Virus record (IMG/VR): IMGVR_UViG_3300025162_000048
Strand: one strand, 5' to 3'
Length of the DNA stretch: 64,000 nucleotides
DNA from: an uncultured virus (IMG/VR IMGVR_UViG_3300025162_000048)
Lineage: Duplodnaviria > Heunggongvirae > Uroviricota > Caudoviricetes
Position 1 is the stretch's first letter. Each line of letters begins with the position of its first letter. The position numbers and the translations under genes are program-made. The notes under the pieces are model-generated. The model was given only the letters and a program-made list of their open reading frames with translations. It searched no databases and had not been told where the DNA came from. Shown one piece after another: positions 28,731-39,846 of the stretch.

Positions 28731-31700
28731 TTAACTCACTACTATATCTTTTTCCGCATCAAACACTATTGCTTTTTCAGTATCTCCCACAACAATCCGA
28801 TCCCCTTGAGATGCCGGTAAGGTTTCGATTAACGTCACGGAAAAAACTCCAGGCAAAGATTGCACTGCTTTTATTATCTCAGCTAAAACGACTGGCTGCC
28901 CTACTGCTAATTTGTTGATGTATCCAGCGACGGTTGCACGAACAGTCTCGGCAATAATGGAAGAGTCCACACCGTCCTTTGGTTTGATTTGCAGCCGAAC
29001 AAAAATAGATTTCACAAGAGGAGTTAGGATTTCTATACTGGTTCCAGCCGCACGGACTCCAGGATAAAGCGCAGTGTTACTTGGATTTCCATCTATAACT
29101 CTATGGCTTTCTCTTACCAAACCCGCAAAAGTTAAATAAGAATCGATACCTCGAATTACATTTTGATCTGCACCTAATTTAAATAGACATGATATTTGTG
29201 ATCCTAAACTACTTGTCATCGGCATAGAATTCACTTCAGGAAGTAAATATAAAAATCCTTTGGTTCTATCCACAGGGTCAGTCGTTCTTCCTGCCACATA
29301 TCGATAGACAGAAGAAACAGAGGCTTTTTGAAACGAAATTGCTGTGGCATTTGGACCTAAAATAAATGGTAAGCCATTATTGACATCACTGCTTGCCGGT
29401 GCGCTGATCATAACAATATCAAGTGTGGGAACTATCAAAGTGCTATCAAAAGTATTCGTATAATTATCTGGATTGGCCGCACAGGAATAGCCAGTATTTT
29501 GAATAGTAAAACTTCCTATTAATGATGTTGGAAACCATGCAACAGACCCACCGGACGAATTAGGAGAGTCGATTTTGATTTTATCTCCAATGAATATATT
29601 TTCTGCTGAAAAGACTCGAATAGGACGGCTTCCTGTTGGGTGTAATCCATCAATTCCTGTAAATGGTCCAACTAACCATTCATTTGCTCCCCCACTGATC
29701 GTAGGTAAATATTCATCTGTACCGCCAAGAGGATTGTAAATGATGACCTGATTGCGACCGTTATGAGCTACAATTCGAAAAGTTCCACGGTTTGCTAATT
29801 CAAATTCATCGTTACAATAGAGCCAATCATCAGTACAAACTTGCATGTTTGCAAGTTCCATTGAATCGGTAATCTCACTTGCAGAGTTAGAAACCCAAAT
29901 ACTAACAAAATTACTGAATAGTTTTTTAACAAGGACAAAGATATTCCCAGAGTTATAAACCGTGTCATATTGAGTTCCTTCTACACGATTGGTTCTGATA
30001 TTTTTCTCGTTATAAATTGCTGGCAAGAATACCATCATTTTTCGATGTAATGGATAGAGATTTGGAGTTAAAATTATTGTAATTGGTCCGCCATGATTGG
30101 TGATTTCATTCTTGATAGAAGGGGCAATGACAATTATTTCTCTTGAATTATTTACTTGAACAACAGGAAATCCAATATATTCTTGAACATTCGAATAGCC
30201 TCCCGTTATGGTTTTACAAGTAAGTCCCGGAAAAGAAGCAAACGGCAGATTAGAAGTCGCAATAGTTAAAGTCGCAGTCGTTGTTTCTGAGCCGCCTGTC
30301 GTGTTCGCCACTTCAATATAGTCATAACCGTTATAGGAACCACCAGAATAAACACCAAGGCCAGTAACAGTAAATGACCCGTTAAATCCAGAAGTAGAAA
30401 AACCAGAAATTTGAATATTTGCATTAACCCAGAGATCACTTTTAACCCCTTGGCCCAGTACATACCGAACTGTTGTACCTCCAACATTTTCGACATATAT
30501 TAAAGCCTTTTCAACATCGCCAAATATAACCAACATATCACCGATGCGGGCAGACAATTCTGCGGCATTGACATTTATTTTGACTAAATTATCACTGACA
30601 CTTTCAAAGGTGACATGAATATCTCCGCCATTATAAGTCATTGGTTCAATCTGGCTTAAGCCCATACCATTTCTTAAAAATAATAATCTGCCTAACCCCG
30701 ATCCCTGTTTAGTATATTGAACATAATTTGTCGATCTGAAATAAGTGACAATATCTATTCCATTTGCAGAAGTAATGCTGGCACCCGATGACAGTAATCT
30801 ATATGGTCTTAATATTGACGCAACAATACTATTTTCTACTTTAACCATAGCTCCCGTTGGAACAAAAGCAGCCGATGCCGTATCCACAGTCACTTTCGTC
30901 GCACCATAAAGGCCAGAATAGGATTGGTATTCATCATAATCAGTGCTGGCATTTCCAATAACAAACATAGAAATCTGATTAGCCGTAACACCTTTAACTT
31001 TTACGGCACCATTAAATCCAACAACTTGCGAAGAGATTTGAATACGCTGGGAAGAATCTGTTTCCTCTATGTTTGCTTGTGCGGATAAAGACGAAATGGA
31101 AGAAAATCCCATCCAGCGATTTAGAGTGTTTCCATTGGAAGGGACTATATAAACCTCTTCTCCTACTGGCGAGTAAAGCTGATTAATGCCATCACTGGAT
31201 TCGGTCACTGTCGGAAAAATTGAATCAAATGAACTTACAATACCTCGAATGTTTGTAGGTGAGTTATAGTCATAAATAGAAGCAGAACCGCTATATTTAC
31301 AAGAATATCCATGAAAATCATAGGCGGTTTCCATATCGATAAAGTTTTCCATTAAAACAGAATAACTCACAGGATGGGAACTATAAGTAGCTTGAGTTAC
31401 CACTAATGAGCCAGTCCCAATAACAGTTGCGCTAGAAATTCCATAAATATTTATTTTACTAGCAATATTGTCCATTGTATTTTTGGCGGCTTTTAAAGGA
31501 TAAGAACTTATAGGATATTGGGATGCCTGTAATGCAATTAATCGCAAAAATGAAACAGTCCCGCTTTGGTTTCCACCATATCCTGAAGCAATATAAACGA
31601 AAGAGCTGGTCTGAATACTCGAAGCAAATATTTGAGATCCACCATTTTGAAGATCACTTTGGCTCATTCCTCCTATTCCACCCACGGCCACATTAGAAAT

Positions 31701-34700
31701 ATAAAAAGCCTCTCCTGCTTGGATACGATGATCTGTAACAGAAACCGTCACCGAGTCAGATCCAGGAGGCGGCAATTGAGGAACAGCAAGAGTACAAGAC
31801 CGTGAAGTCCTTTTCACTTGTGCATTGCCTGAGCGTGCCGGTGAAGACAAACTTGCCGTATAGGTAAACGTTGAAGAATTGACTACCGTTATTGTTGCGC
31901 CTGTAATGGAAAGGTTAATTGCCGGAATGCCACCTATTGAAGAACTTGCAGACATATTTACGGTTGCACCACTGACCAAGCCATTGCCGGAATAGACCAT
32001 AGTGATTGTCGGAGTGTTGTCTCCTGTGGTCGATGTAGCAGTGTATGGACCATATTGAGCATTGACGGTTCCATTTGCGGTTGGAGTGCCAGTCTCAACG
32101 TTCGTCGCAACGTAAGTGTATGTGTTGACATTAAGGACTGTAATGGATTTCGTTCCCGCAAAGGCTGAGCCAGGCAATGCGGACCCTGTGGGAGCAACGG
32201 CACTCGAGAAAGTCAATATCGCACCTGTTAGGTATTTATGGCCAACATGAGTGACGGTAACCACATTGGAACTATTGCTGGTCATAATGGTAAGGCCAGT
32301 GTGAGATCGAGAAAAGTCTATATTTCCTATTGCGGCTGGTGCTATTGCTGTTGCAGTGTATTTATATGAATTTGCATTTACATATGTTATCAAAGTTCCT
32401 GTAAGACTTAAATCACCACTACTTATTCCACCAATTGAAGAGGCCGCTGTTATATCAATTCCTTCCCCTCCAATAAAAGTATGACCAGTTTGGGTGACTA
32501 AAATATCTGCTGAGCCTGGTGTGGTTGTAAGGACTCTTGTATAAAATGGAAAGTCTATTTGACCTGAACCTGTTGGCGCAGCATTGGCACTGGCGCTTGC
32601 TGTATATGAGAAATTATCAAGGTCAATTGCTGTCACATCGGCATTAGAGACAGATAAATCCGATATGGAAATGCCATCAATTGCAGAAGCGGCTGTGATA
32701 TTGACTTTATCGCCATTGAGTAACCCATGGCCAGAAAGATTCACCAGTATGTTTGATGAATTTGAAGAAGTATATGCTATTCCTCCGGTGAGAGGCACTG
32801 TTTTATAACGCATTAAACCAGGAGCATTGACAGTTACGCTTGAACCTGTAGTGCTGGTGATTAAATATTGACCGCTTAAAAGATGTCCGCCTGCGAATTT
32901 TAAAACATCGCCAACCGTATATTTTGTAGGGTCTAATGAGCTTCCTGTAAAGGTAATATCAACAGTTCCAGCATTAGGAATCACACTTAGATTGAGAGTG
33001 CCAACCGTCAAAAGAGAACCAGACACCAAAGGTCCGGATGCCAGATTTACCAGAACCGTTGTTTCGGGAATGACGTTATTAAAAGAGTTTTTATGGGCTA
33101 CAGTCACATCGGCAATATCTGGAGAGGCTGGATAACGAATACTTAATTTAAGACGATTTGCTGCTTCTACATCTGTGGATCTTAAAATAAAAGCCGTTGC
33201 CGTTCCTGTATATTTATAAACCCCAACAGACTTCGTTAAAATTCTGAAATCATTTAAGTTAAAATCTCTGAAAGTTGAATAAATATCAAAGAATTCTTTA
33301 TTGGCATCATCAGGATCGTTAAGAGTAAAATCAAAAGTATAAGCATTCCCTCCTCCAACAATAGTCGAACAAGAAGAAATAATAGCCCGTTTATGCATCG
33401 GAACAATAATTGTCTTTTCAATAGAATTAAGATCCATTTCCACTACAAACTTGTCATCTTTGGTGACTGATAAGTCTCTCATCCTTAAAGAGATATTCCT
33501 GTAATTTAATGCCGCTCCTGAATCGATTGCAGTATCAAAAGGAACAAGAGGCCGAATAACATCTTCCCCTCTTAATATTCCAGAAAAAGGCGCAACGTTC
33601 GAAGTATTATAGACACGCCCTACGAAACCTATAAGCCTTCCAGTCTGCCAAAATTCCTGATAACCCAATGGATAATTTGTCACTATGGAAGCAGATTGAA
33701 CCGAAGGATTTGTTGTGCTGGCCAAAACATCTGTATAGTTATTTCCAATAATTAAAGACCCAACTGTTCCATAACCATCAGAGGGAACACTTCGCCCTAA
33801 AATGTTTTGAATAATTGGAAATCCACCTTCAGTCTTTTGGCTCTGAATTGCTGCCACATGAGACTGAACATTTGTGGATTGTCCAGTGCTGATTAAGACT
33901 GAAGCGTTTCCGATCACTGCAAATATACAGATAGACCCCGTAATGTACGAATTAGTCCTGATAATAAATTCTTCAGCCGAAAGTTTCTCTGCGGTCCCTG
34001 AATGAATTTGAGAATTAATTTGGGTAATTATTTGATCTACAGTTACGGAAGTTGACGGTGAAAACTCAACAATCTGAGGAACAACTGTCGATGAAAATAA
34101 AAACAAAGCTCCTTCCACAACATCGTGAGTTCCAGAGAAAAGAGGGTATTGAGTAGCATCAACTTCAATATCAACCCAATCCGTCGTGGTAGATATTCGC
34201 TTGATTTGATAAATTCCACCCAATGCAGGGTCCCAAGCACTGCCGGTATAATTTACTAAATAAAGCCAATCACCAGGAGTAGCATTAATAAAAAGCCGAC
34301 TGTCCGCTATCAGACCATCCAAAGCCTGAAATCTGATTATTTTTTCTACACCAGGATAAGGACTACTTATTTGAATTTTTGAAGAAACGCCTATGGTTAA
34401 TTGTTTGATTTCAAAAGTTCCATCAAAGCCTAAGACCAATTTTGGATTGCCATAAATATTAGCTGGAATGGAAAAGTAACCACCAATAGTCGATTTTGAA
34501 CGAATTTTAGCTCGTGTAGATAAAGACCCAACCTCAATAAGAGCACCAGTATCCGGCTTGGCTGTAAGACGGATTTCGCCAGTAAAACGGTTAAACTGAA
34601 AATCTTTTGTTGCTCCAGAACTACTGGTTGCACTGAGCCACATTTTGGCGGGACCAATCCAACCAGCATCAGGATTAGACGTATGAAGCCAATAGAGACT

Positions 34701-36656
34701 TCCTGTTGTGGTCAAAATACTGGGAATAGTTATTGTTGTTAATGTGCCAGATGAATCGAAAACACCAACATACTCACCATTTAAATTGGAATCTGAAGCA
34801 TTAAATATCTGAAGTATAGAAGATCCACTAAGAGCATAATTATCTTCAGTTGTTATGACAATATTAGCTCCAGCACCATAATAAACTCCAGAGCGGGCTG
34901 TTTGACGCATTATCTCCAAATAAGAATCTGTCGTATATGTTTGGAAAGTTGACCAGACAATACGGTTTCCTACTTGTGCAAAATTCACTCCATTGATTTT
35001 CTTTTTAAGGACAGAAATCCATTGAGGAATAGTTGCTGAAATTATATTGGAAAAATAAGAAGCGAAATCGGCATCCGTAATTGTGATGACCTGATAGGAA
35101 TTATCAACACGGATAACAAAATTTCTCAAATCACTGGCTGTCATGGACCACGGATATTGATTTGTTGTCAGTGTTGCTGTTTTGCCTTTAAAGGAAAGAG
35201 ACTCACCGTCTTTATATAAATAAATTGGCCGGATTTCAGTCGTTGGAAGTCCCAGTGTTGCCTGTAATGTTCCAGACTGAATATTCATGATTTCACCGCG
35301 ACCCGAAAGATCGAATACAGCTATGCCCTTTGCCCCATCAATAGTGCGAAAAGAACAAATATTAGCTTGTGCATTAAAATCACGAACAATTTCGAATGGT
35401 GTCGCTGTTTCTAAGTTTTGATAATCAGATCCTGTGACTGTATACGTTTCATTTACGCCATCAACTGTAATAGTTAATTGCATTTGATCTTCAAGCGCAT
35501 AAGGTCCTTGGTTCGCTCCAATGCCAACACAGGGAGTCACCGGAGCATAAGTCGTTTTAAAAAAGACTTCCTGTCCACTTGCGTCCTTAACGAAAAGTTC
35601 GTAGGGCTGTCCTGAAAATGTAGGCTCTAAAAGAGATCCGTCATTGATAAAAATCTTACTAGGATCTCCTGGTTCCGTTGGTTCGATTACAACAACTGAC
35701 GCAACTGCCTTGCCCGAATCTGGATCTCGAAGTCCTAATAGAGCGGCTGTAATAGCGCTCTTGGTACCTCGAGCCAGCGTAGCAGGATAGTCTCTGATTC
35801 GCTGTCTAAGCTCTTCATCGGATTCAGTCGATTTACCATTGGCAAAACTTGTTGTGTTGCGCACCGTAGCTTGAGGATAAGGCTGTGACGCAAATCTATT
35901 AAGCGCACCAGCTAATGCATTTCCTGACTCCCCAAACAGAGATGCAGTGACGGAAGCCGTTGTTGTGTCATCTCCGTCAAAAATCACAGTCTCGGCATCA
36001 ATAGTAAAGGAAACAGAAGGCGTAGATGCATTGGGTGTGGTCTGAACGACGGTACCCGCACTAATTACACGATCTCCTCCCTGCGCCAGAACGACAGTTT
36101 CCGAGATCGAATGGTTTTTGGTTAGCGGTCCTTCTAGCTGTAAAGACCAAAACACACCATTGTCCGTTTTGCTGACGTATCTAATCGGACCTTCAAGATT
36201 GGAAGCAGTCCCACGCCCAATGTAAATTTTAGGTTGGGTTGCACCAGGAATTGGCCATGTACTGGCATCCTCCACGTAAACGACAGTCCCGCCAGAATAG
36301 GGTGCCGGTTTCCCTGCATAGAGTTTTGAAGACTTCTTCGGAGTTCGCGGATCGGTGATTTCGATAGGACCTGATGCCGGACTTGCAGGTTTGCGTCCTA
36401 CTCCACCTATCCCATCAGGCAATCCAATACTCGCTGCCTTTCGGTCGAGATCCACACCCGTCATAGATTCCAAGTCTGTCGATTCTAGCAATTTTAAAAC
36501 CATTAAATAGTTTTGAAACTGTACCGAGGCAATGGCTTCCAATAATGTTGCGAATGTACTACCTGGCGCAAAATCAGTGAAATCGCTTGCAGCTATTATT
36601 GACCTCACAAGATCGCCTAAAATCTGTTGCTTACTGCGCAGAAGAATTTCTGTCAT
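28731..36656 (-). CDS. giant baseplate J-like wedge protein (2641 aa)
   Basis: N-terminal DFAPGSTFATLLEA, GKSTESDEELRQRIR, LARGTKSAI; C-terminal YINKLAVGQPVVLAEIIKAVQSLPGV. Confidence 0.85.
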   Translation of the reverse strand: MTEILLRSKQQILGDLVRSIIAASDFTDFAPGSTFATLLEAIASVQFQNYLMVLKLLESTDLESMTGVDLDRKAASIGLPDGIGGVGRKPASPASGPIEITDPRTPKKSSKLYAGKPAPYSGGTVVYVEDASTWPIPGATQPKIYIGRGTASNLEGPIRYVSKTDNGVFWSLQLEGPLTKNHSISETVVLAQGGDRVISAGTVVQTTPNASTPSVSFTIDAETVIFDGDDTTTASVTASLFGESGNALAGALNRFASQPYPQATVRNTTSFANGKSTESDEELRQRIRDYPATLARGTKSAITAALLGLRDPDSGKAVASVVVIEPTEPGDPSKIFINDGSLLEPTFSGQPYELFVKDASGQEVFFKTTYAPVTPCVGIGANQGPYALEDQMQLTITVDGVNETYTVTGSDYQNLETATPFEIVRDFNAQANICSFRTIDGAKGIAVFDLSGRGEIMNIQSGTLQATLGLPTTEIRPIYLYKDGESLSFKGKTATLTTNQYPWSMTASDLRNFVIRVDNSYQVITITDADFASYFSNIISATIPQWISVLKKKINGVNFAQVGNRIVWSTFQTYTTDSYLEIMRQTARSGVYYGAGANIVITTEDNYALSGSSILQIFNASDSNLNGEYVGVFDSSGTLTTITIPSILTTTGSLYWLHTSNPDAGWIGPAKMWLSATSSSGATKDFQFNRFTGEIRLTAKPDTGALIEVGSLSTRAKIRSKSTIGGYFSIPANIYGNPKLVLGFDGTFEIKQLTIGVSSKIQISSPYPGVEKIIRFQALDGLIADSRLFINATPGDWLYLVNYTGSAWDPALGGIYQIKRISTTTDWVDIEVDATQYPLFSGTHDVVEGALFLFSSTVVPQIVEFSPSTSVTVDQIITQINSQIHSGTAEKLSAEEFIIRTNSYITGSICIFAVIGNASVLISTGQSTNVQSHVAAIQSQKTEGGFPIIQNILGRSVPSDGYGTVGSLIIGNNYTDVLASTTNPSVQSASIVTNYPLGYQEFWQTGRLIGFVGRVYNTSNVAPFSGILRGEDVIRPLVPFDTAIDSGAALNYRNISLRMRDLSVTKDDKFVVEMDLNSIEKTIIVPMHKRAIISSCSTIVGGGNAYTFDFTLNDPDDANKEFFDIYSTFRDFNLNDFRILTKSVGVYKYTGTATAFILRSTDVEAANRLKLSIRYPASPDIADVTVAHKNSFNNVIPETTVLVNLASGPLVSGSLLTVGTLNLSVIPNAGTVDITFTGSSLDPTKYTVGDVLKFAGGHLLSGQYLITSTTGSSVTVNAPGLMRYKTVPLTGGIAYTSSNSSNILVNLSGHGLLNGDKVNITAASAIDGISISDLSVSNADVTAIDLDNFSYTASASANAAPTGSGQIDFPFYTRVLTTTPGSADILVTQTGHTFIGGEGIDITAASSIGGISSGDLSLTGTLITYVNANSYKYTATAIAPAAIGNIDFSRSHTGLTIMTSNSSNVVTVTHVGHKYLTGAILTFSSAVAPTGSALPGSAFAGTKSITVLNVNTYTYVATNVETGTPTANGTVNAQYGPYTATSTTGDNTPTITMVYSGNGLVSGATVNMSASSSIGGIPAINLSITGATITVVNSSTFTYTASLSSPARSGNAQVKRTSRSCTLAVPQLPPPGSDSVTVSVTDHRIQAGEAFYISNVAVGGIGGMSQSDLQNGGSQIFASSIQTSSFVYIASGYGGNQSGTVSFLRLIALQASQYPISSYPLKAAKNTMDNIASKINIYGISSATVIGTGSLVVTQATYSSHPVSYSVLMENFIDMETAYDFHGYSCKYSGSASIYDYNSPTNIRGIVSSFDSIFPTVTESSDGINQLYSPVGEEVYIVPSNGNTLNRWMGFSSISSLSAQANIEETDSSQRIQISSQVVGFNGAVKVKGVTANQISMFVIGNASTDYDEYQSYSGLYGATKVTVDTASAAFVPTGAMVKVENSIVASILRPYRLLSSGASITSANGIDIVTYFRSTNYVQYTKQGSGLGRLLFLRNGMGLSQIEPMTYNGGDIHVTFESVSDNLVKINVNAAELSARIGDMLVIFGDVEKALIYVENVGGTTVRYVLGQGVKSDLWVNANIQISGFSTSGFNGSFTVTGLGVYSGGSYNGYDYIEVANTTGGSETTTATLTIATSNLPFASFPGLTCKTITGGYSNVQEYIGFPVVQVNNSREIIVIAPSIKNEITNHGGPITIILTPNLYPLHRKMMVFLPAIYNEKNIRTNRVEGTQYDTVYNSGNIFVLVKKLFSNFVSIWVSNSASEITDSMELANMQVCTDDWLYCNDEFELANRGTFRIVAHNGRNQVIIYNPLGGTDEYLPTISGGANEWLVGPFTGIDGLHPTGSRPIRVFSAENIFIGDKIKIDSPNSSGGSVAWFPTSLIGSFTIQNTGYSCAANPDNYTNTFDSTLIVPTLDIVMISAPASSDVNNGLPFILGPNATAISFQKASVSSVYRYVAGRTTDPVDRTKGFLYLLPEVNSMPMTSSLGSQISCLFKLGADQNVIRGIDSYLTFAGLVRESHRVIDGNPSNTALYPGVRAAGTSIEILTPLVKSIFVRLQIKPKDGVDSSIIAETVRATVAGYINKLAVGQPVVLAEIIKAVQSLPGVFSVTLIETLPASQGDRIVVGDTEKAIVFDAEKDIVVS

Positions 36657-36787
36657 ATTTTTATATTCCCTTTAAGTATGAACTTCTTAAAGTTTATCAT
36701 TTTACCATCAGTCTGTTATCCCTATTGACTCCTAAGATTTTACTGTTAAAATTTATAAAAATCAAAACTCTCAAGAAAGGCTATATT

Positions 36788-37024
36788 GTGTGCGCAATTA
36801 AATCTTTGACAGAACATCTTGAAGAGGCCAGCGGCAGCGTAGAATCAGCAGAAATTCATTTTAGTCGATTCCCTTCTACCCTTTCTGCAATTATTCTTCT
36901 TGAAGCTATTGAAAAAGAAGAAAAGATAAAAGAATTATTTGAATCCATAATGATTGATTTAAGTGATGAGGATGAGAAACCTAAGAAGAAAAAAAGGAAG
37001 AAGGTATCATGGAAAACGAAGTGA
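36788..37024 (+). CDS. hypothetical protein
   Basis: GTG start after GAAAGG; TTGACT-N16-TAAAAT at 36725-36752; 3' part of track ORF 36587..37024. Confidence 0.5.
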   Translation: MCAIKSLTEHLEEASGSVESAEIHFSRFPSTLSAIILLEAIEKEEKIKELFESIMIDLSDEDEKPKKKKRKKVSWKTK

Positions 37025-37284
37025 AATTAAAAAGCATCTTAGACGACTTGAAAAATTACATTTCTCTTAACGATAAAGAAATGGAAATAATTAATGCAAA
37101 TCTTATTGGATGCCCCAAATGTAATGAAAATTTGGAATTCAAATGGTCATATTGTATCGATCCCGATTGCTGTGACTGGCCTCATATAATTTCATGTATT
37201 AAATGTGAGTTCGATGTAGAAAACTATAATGCATATGATCTAGTTAAAGAGTTTTTAATAGTGCCATCACTCGATGAAGCTTAA
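37009..37284 (+). CDS. zinc-ribbon protein
   Basis: CPKC...CIKC. Confidence 0.55.
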   Translation: MENEVKLKSILDDLKNYISLNDKEMEIINANLIGCPKCNENLEFKWSYCIDPDCCDWPHIISCIKCEFDVENYNAYDLVKEFLIVPSLDEA

Positions 37285-38814
37285 TGGGATTGGAATATTG
37301 GTCCCTTCCATTACGGCATACAACGAAATGCTTAAAGAATTTCCTTGAGGTGATAAATCCGAAATTATACAGTTTTTGATACGTCCGTCAGCTAAAATTC
37401 CATCTTGAATTGCCAGCGCTATGGACTGACTTTCATCAAGTGTATTCAACCAATGATCTCCAATATTCGTCGGAATACCATAATTTGGATGCCATTGATT
37501 TTCGCCTTGTGTTGTACTTAAAATAGAATGAATAGTCTGTCGGAGATTTGCGATTCCATAACATTTTTTAAAGTCACCTGTGGAATCCATTACAATATCT
37601 CCAGTCTTTTCGTCCCGCTGAATATCCACTCCAAAACTTAAAGTCTGAATGCCCAAACGACGTAGCTCATCCGCTGCTGGTGTCGCAGGACGGGCCAAAG
37701 GAGATGTAACTGCCAATGGAATATAAATCATGGAACTTTCATTCACAGTATTAGGATAATAAACCCTCGCATATGCCCTTTCGCCTGTCTTCCAATCTGA
37801 TAAATTTTTATCACCAGACAAGAAAACAGTTAATGTTCCATCTTTATTGTCATTAATTTTTTCAACAATTCTGGTTTCCTCTTTTTTTGTAATCGAACCT
37901 ATCCCTATTTTTGTGCTCAGGGTTAGCCATTCTTTACGAGTATCAGGAATAGTTATAGAATTTCCAGAACCTGAAGAAATAAAATATTGTTTCTCCCCAT
38001 ACAAATCAACATAAGGATTTTTTAAATTATTTGCAGTTACCAATTCAAACCATAAATCCGCAGACCCTAAATACTGAAAAGCCATTTCAGTCAATGATCG
38101 TCTGAACGGAACGGCAACATAACTTTTATAAGAATCATCAATAACAACGCCAGAAGTTGGATCTAAATTTTGGTTCGCAATCTTTAATAAATTAGGAGGA
38201 ATAGCCCCAGAATTTTTTAGACTGACAATAATTCCTTCTATAAACTTTAAAAGATCAATAGAGTCCGAAAGAGTTTGTAAGTCTGATACTGTCGCCGTTC
38301 TCTTCTTTGGTGCTGGGGTTTCATTGTCCAAAGCAGATGCCGCAGAGTCCCCTAGGTTTATATAATCACATGTTAAATTATGTTGTGTCTTTAAATAATC
38401 AACCATGCTTCGGAAATTGGATATATCAAACTGCTGGACTCGACTCACTTCCCTACGTAAATAATCACGTTCGTCCTTGTTCGGCTTGATTTCATCGAAG
38501 GATATTAGAAACAAGAAAGGACTGTAAAGTACAAATTTGTTCGGGTCACTTAAAACATTTATGGTATTACCTAATTGCGTAGATTGCACAGATCGTTGAA
38601 AATCCGTCAATGCATTCTCCAATGACTGGTCACCATTGGCATAATCCTTGAACCTCTGATAATACTTTAACCAGTTATCCACAAGCCAACTGTATCGGCC
38701 ACGCGCTACTGCTGGCAATAAATCTAGGGTGTATGGATCTCCTGATTTCATCGCCAAGTACATTCCTAAATCGACTTTTAGTTCATAAAAACTTGTATAG
38801 AGTTTGCTTGCCAT
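37267..38814 (-). CDS. baseplate wedge protein with C-terminal gp25/GPW-like domain
   Basis: LysM-like LTEMAFQYLGSADLWFELVTANNL; C-terminal NLRQTI..ILST..GE..WHPNYG, ILADGRI. Confidence 0.75.
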   Translation of the reverse strand: MASKLYTSFYELKVDLGMYLAMKSGDPYTLDLLPAVARGRYSWLVDNWLKYYQRFKDYANGDQSLENALTDFQRSVQSTQLGNTINVLSDPNKFVLYSPFLFLISFDEIKPNKDERDYLRREVSRVQQFDISNFRSMVDYLKTQHNLTCDYINLGDSAASALDNETPAPKKRTATVSDLQTLSDSIDLLKFIEGIIVSLKNSGAIPPNLLKIANQNLDPTSGVVIDDSYKSYVAVPFRRSLTEMAFQYLGSADLWFELVTANNLKNPYVDLYGEKQYFISSGSGNSITIPDTRKEWLTLSTKIGIGSITKKEETRIVEKINDNKDGTLTVFLSGDKNLSDWKTGERAYARVYYPNTVNESSMIYIPLAVTSPLARPATPAADELRRLGIQTLSFGVDIQRDEKTGDIVMDSTGDFKKCYGIANLRQTIHSILSTTQGENQWHPNYGIPTNIGDHWLNTLDESQSIALAIQDGILADGRIKNCIISDLSPQGNSLSISLYAVMEGTNIPIPLSFIE

Positions 38815-38824
38815 AATTTACCTA

Positions 38825-39838
38825 TTAAACAACGGGAGGAACAGAAACGAACGTGCTGAGAGGATCGGTTCCTAAACTATTAAAGCTCCGAAGAGTATTC
38901 TTTGCTGAATTAATCAAACTCGTAATGGATAAAGTATTCACTGTTTTCAAATCAGTCTTAAACCGATCCACAGCATTTTGTGGGCCTTTATCACTCACTG
39001 GCTGTAAATTCCAACCCTTAAATTGAATTTGGTATCGATATAAAAACGGTGAATTTTGTGTTTTAATAATCATGAAATTCTTTAAGACTATCCTAAACTT
39101 TTGATTATCTTTATTATTGTAAAAGAACAAACCGTAATTACTCTTTGCAAAGTCTTTAGTATAACTATTGTTTTCCGCATCTTTCCTAGAATTTAATCCA
39201 GAATAAAATATGAAAAATTTATGCAATCTATGGATTTCTGTATAACCATTACTGATTCCATTAACTGCACTTTCAGTATAGGGAAGTTTAGGCTGTACCG
39301 CCGCTTGCAGTGCTGACAGAAATCCTTCACCAGAAAAAGCATCAGCAATCCCAGCAACTTTATCAATAGGTCCCGTAAGATTAGAAATTAAACCTGAAAG
39401 AAGTCCAGTTTTAGTAAGAGAAGTCCTAAAAGAATTGGCCATAGAACTAACATTAGTACCGTCATTATCTTTAGTTTGATCGTAATTATCATCAGCACGA
39501 GAAGGTGCAATACCACAACTTCCTGTCATCTGAATTGACCAGAAAACTACACTCGACGGTTCTTCCACAACGCCACCTAAAGTTGGGATCGCCTCTACTG
39601 GCGCAAGCATTTGAACAACTAAACTCTCCGGTGGAATAGGAAGAGCATAACGGTAGAAATTTTTATCACTAGCCAAATCTTCAATAGAAAACACATAAGG
39701 AAATACTTGATACCAACTTTTACCAGTAATGGGATAAATTCCCATTATCTTTTCACTCATTGATCTGTCATTTTTTGCGGGAGGAACTTCTTTTTGTGTA
39801 GTTACAGCAGCAGCTCCAGGAAAAGGTAAGTCCGGCAT
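38825..39838 (-). CDS. putative tail tube initiator/baseplate protein
   Basis: LPIPPES, TLGGVVEE, I.MTGSCG, SPFLYRYQI pattern and position. Confidence 0.5.
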   Translation of the reverse strand: MPDLPFPGAAAVTTQKEVPPAKNDRSMSEKIMGIYPITGKSWYQVFPYVFSIEDLASDKNFYRYALPIPPESLVVQMLAPVEAIPTLGGVVEEPSSVVFWSIQMTGSCGIAPSRADDNYDQTKDNDGTNVSSMANSFRTSLTKTGLLSGLISNLTGPIDKVAGIADAFSGEGFLSALQAAVQPKLPYTESAVNGISNGYTEIHRLHKFFIFYSGLNSRKDAENNSYTKDFAKSNYGLFFYNNKDNQKFRIVLKNFMIIKTQNSPFLYRYQIQFKGWNLQPVSDKGPQNAVDRFKTDLKTVNTLSITSLINSAKNTLRSFNSLGTDPLSTFVSVPPVV

Positions 39839-39846
39839 TACGTCTC

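Noticed and set aside
36686..36713. TAAAGTTT as another sigma-28 promoter
   Set aside because: No CGATAA-like -10 box at the required spacing
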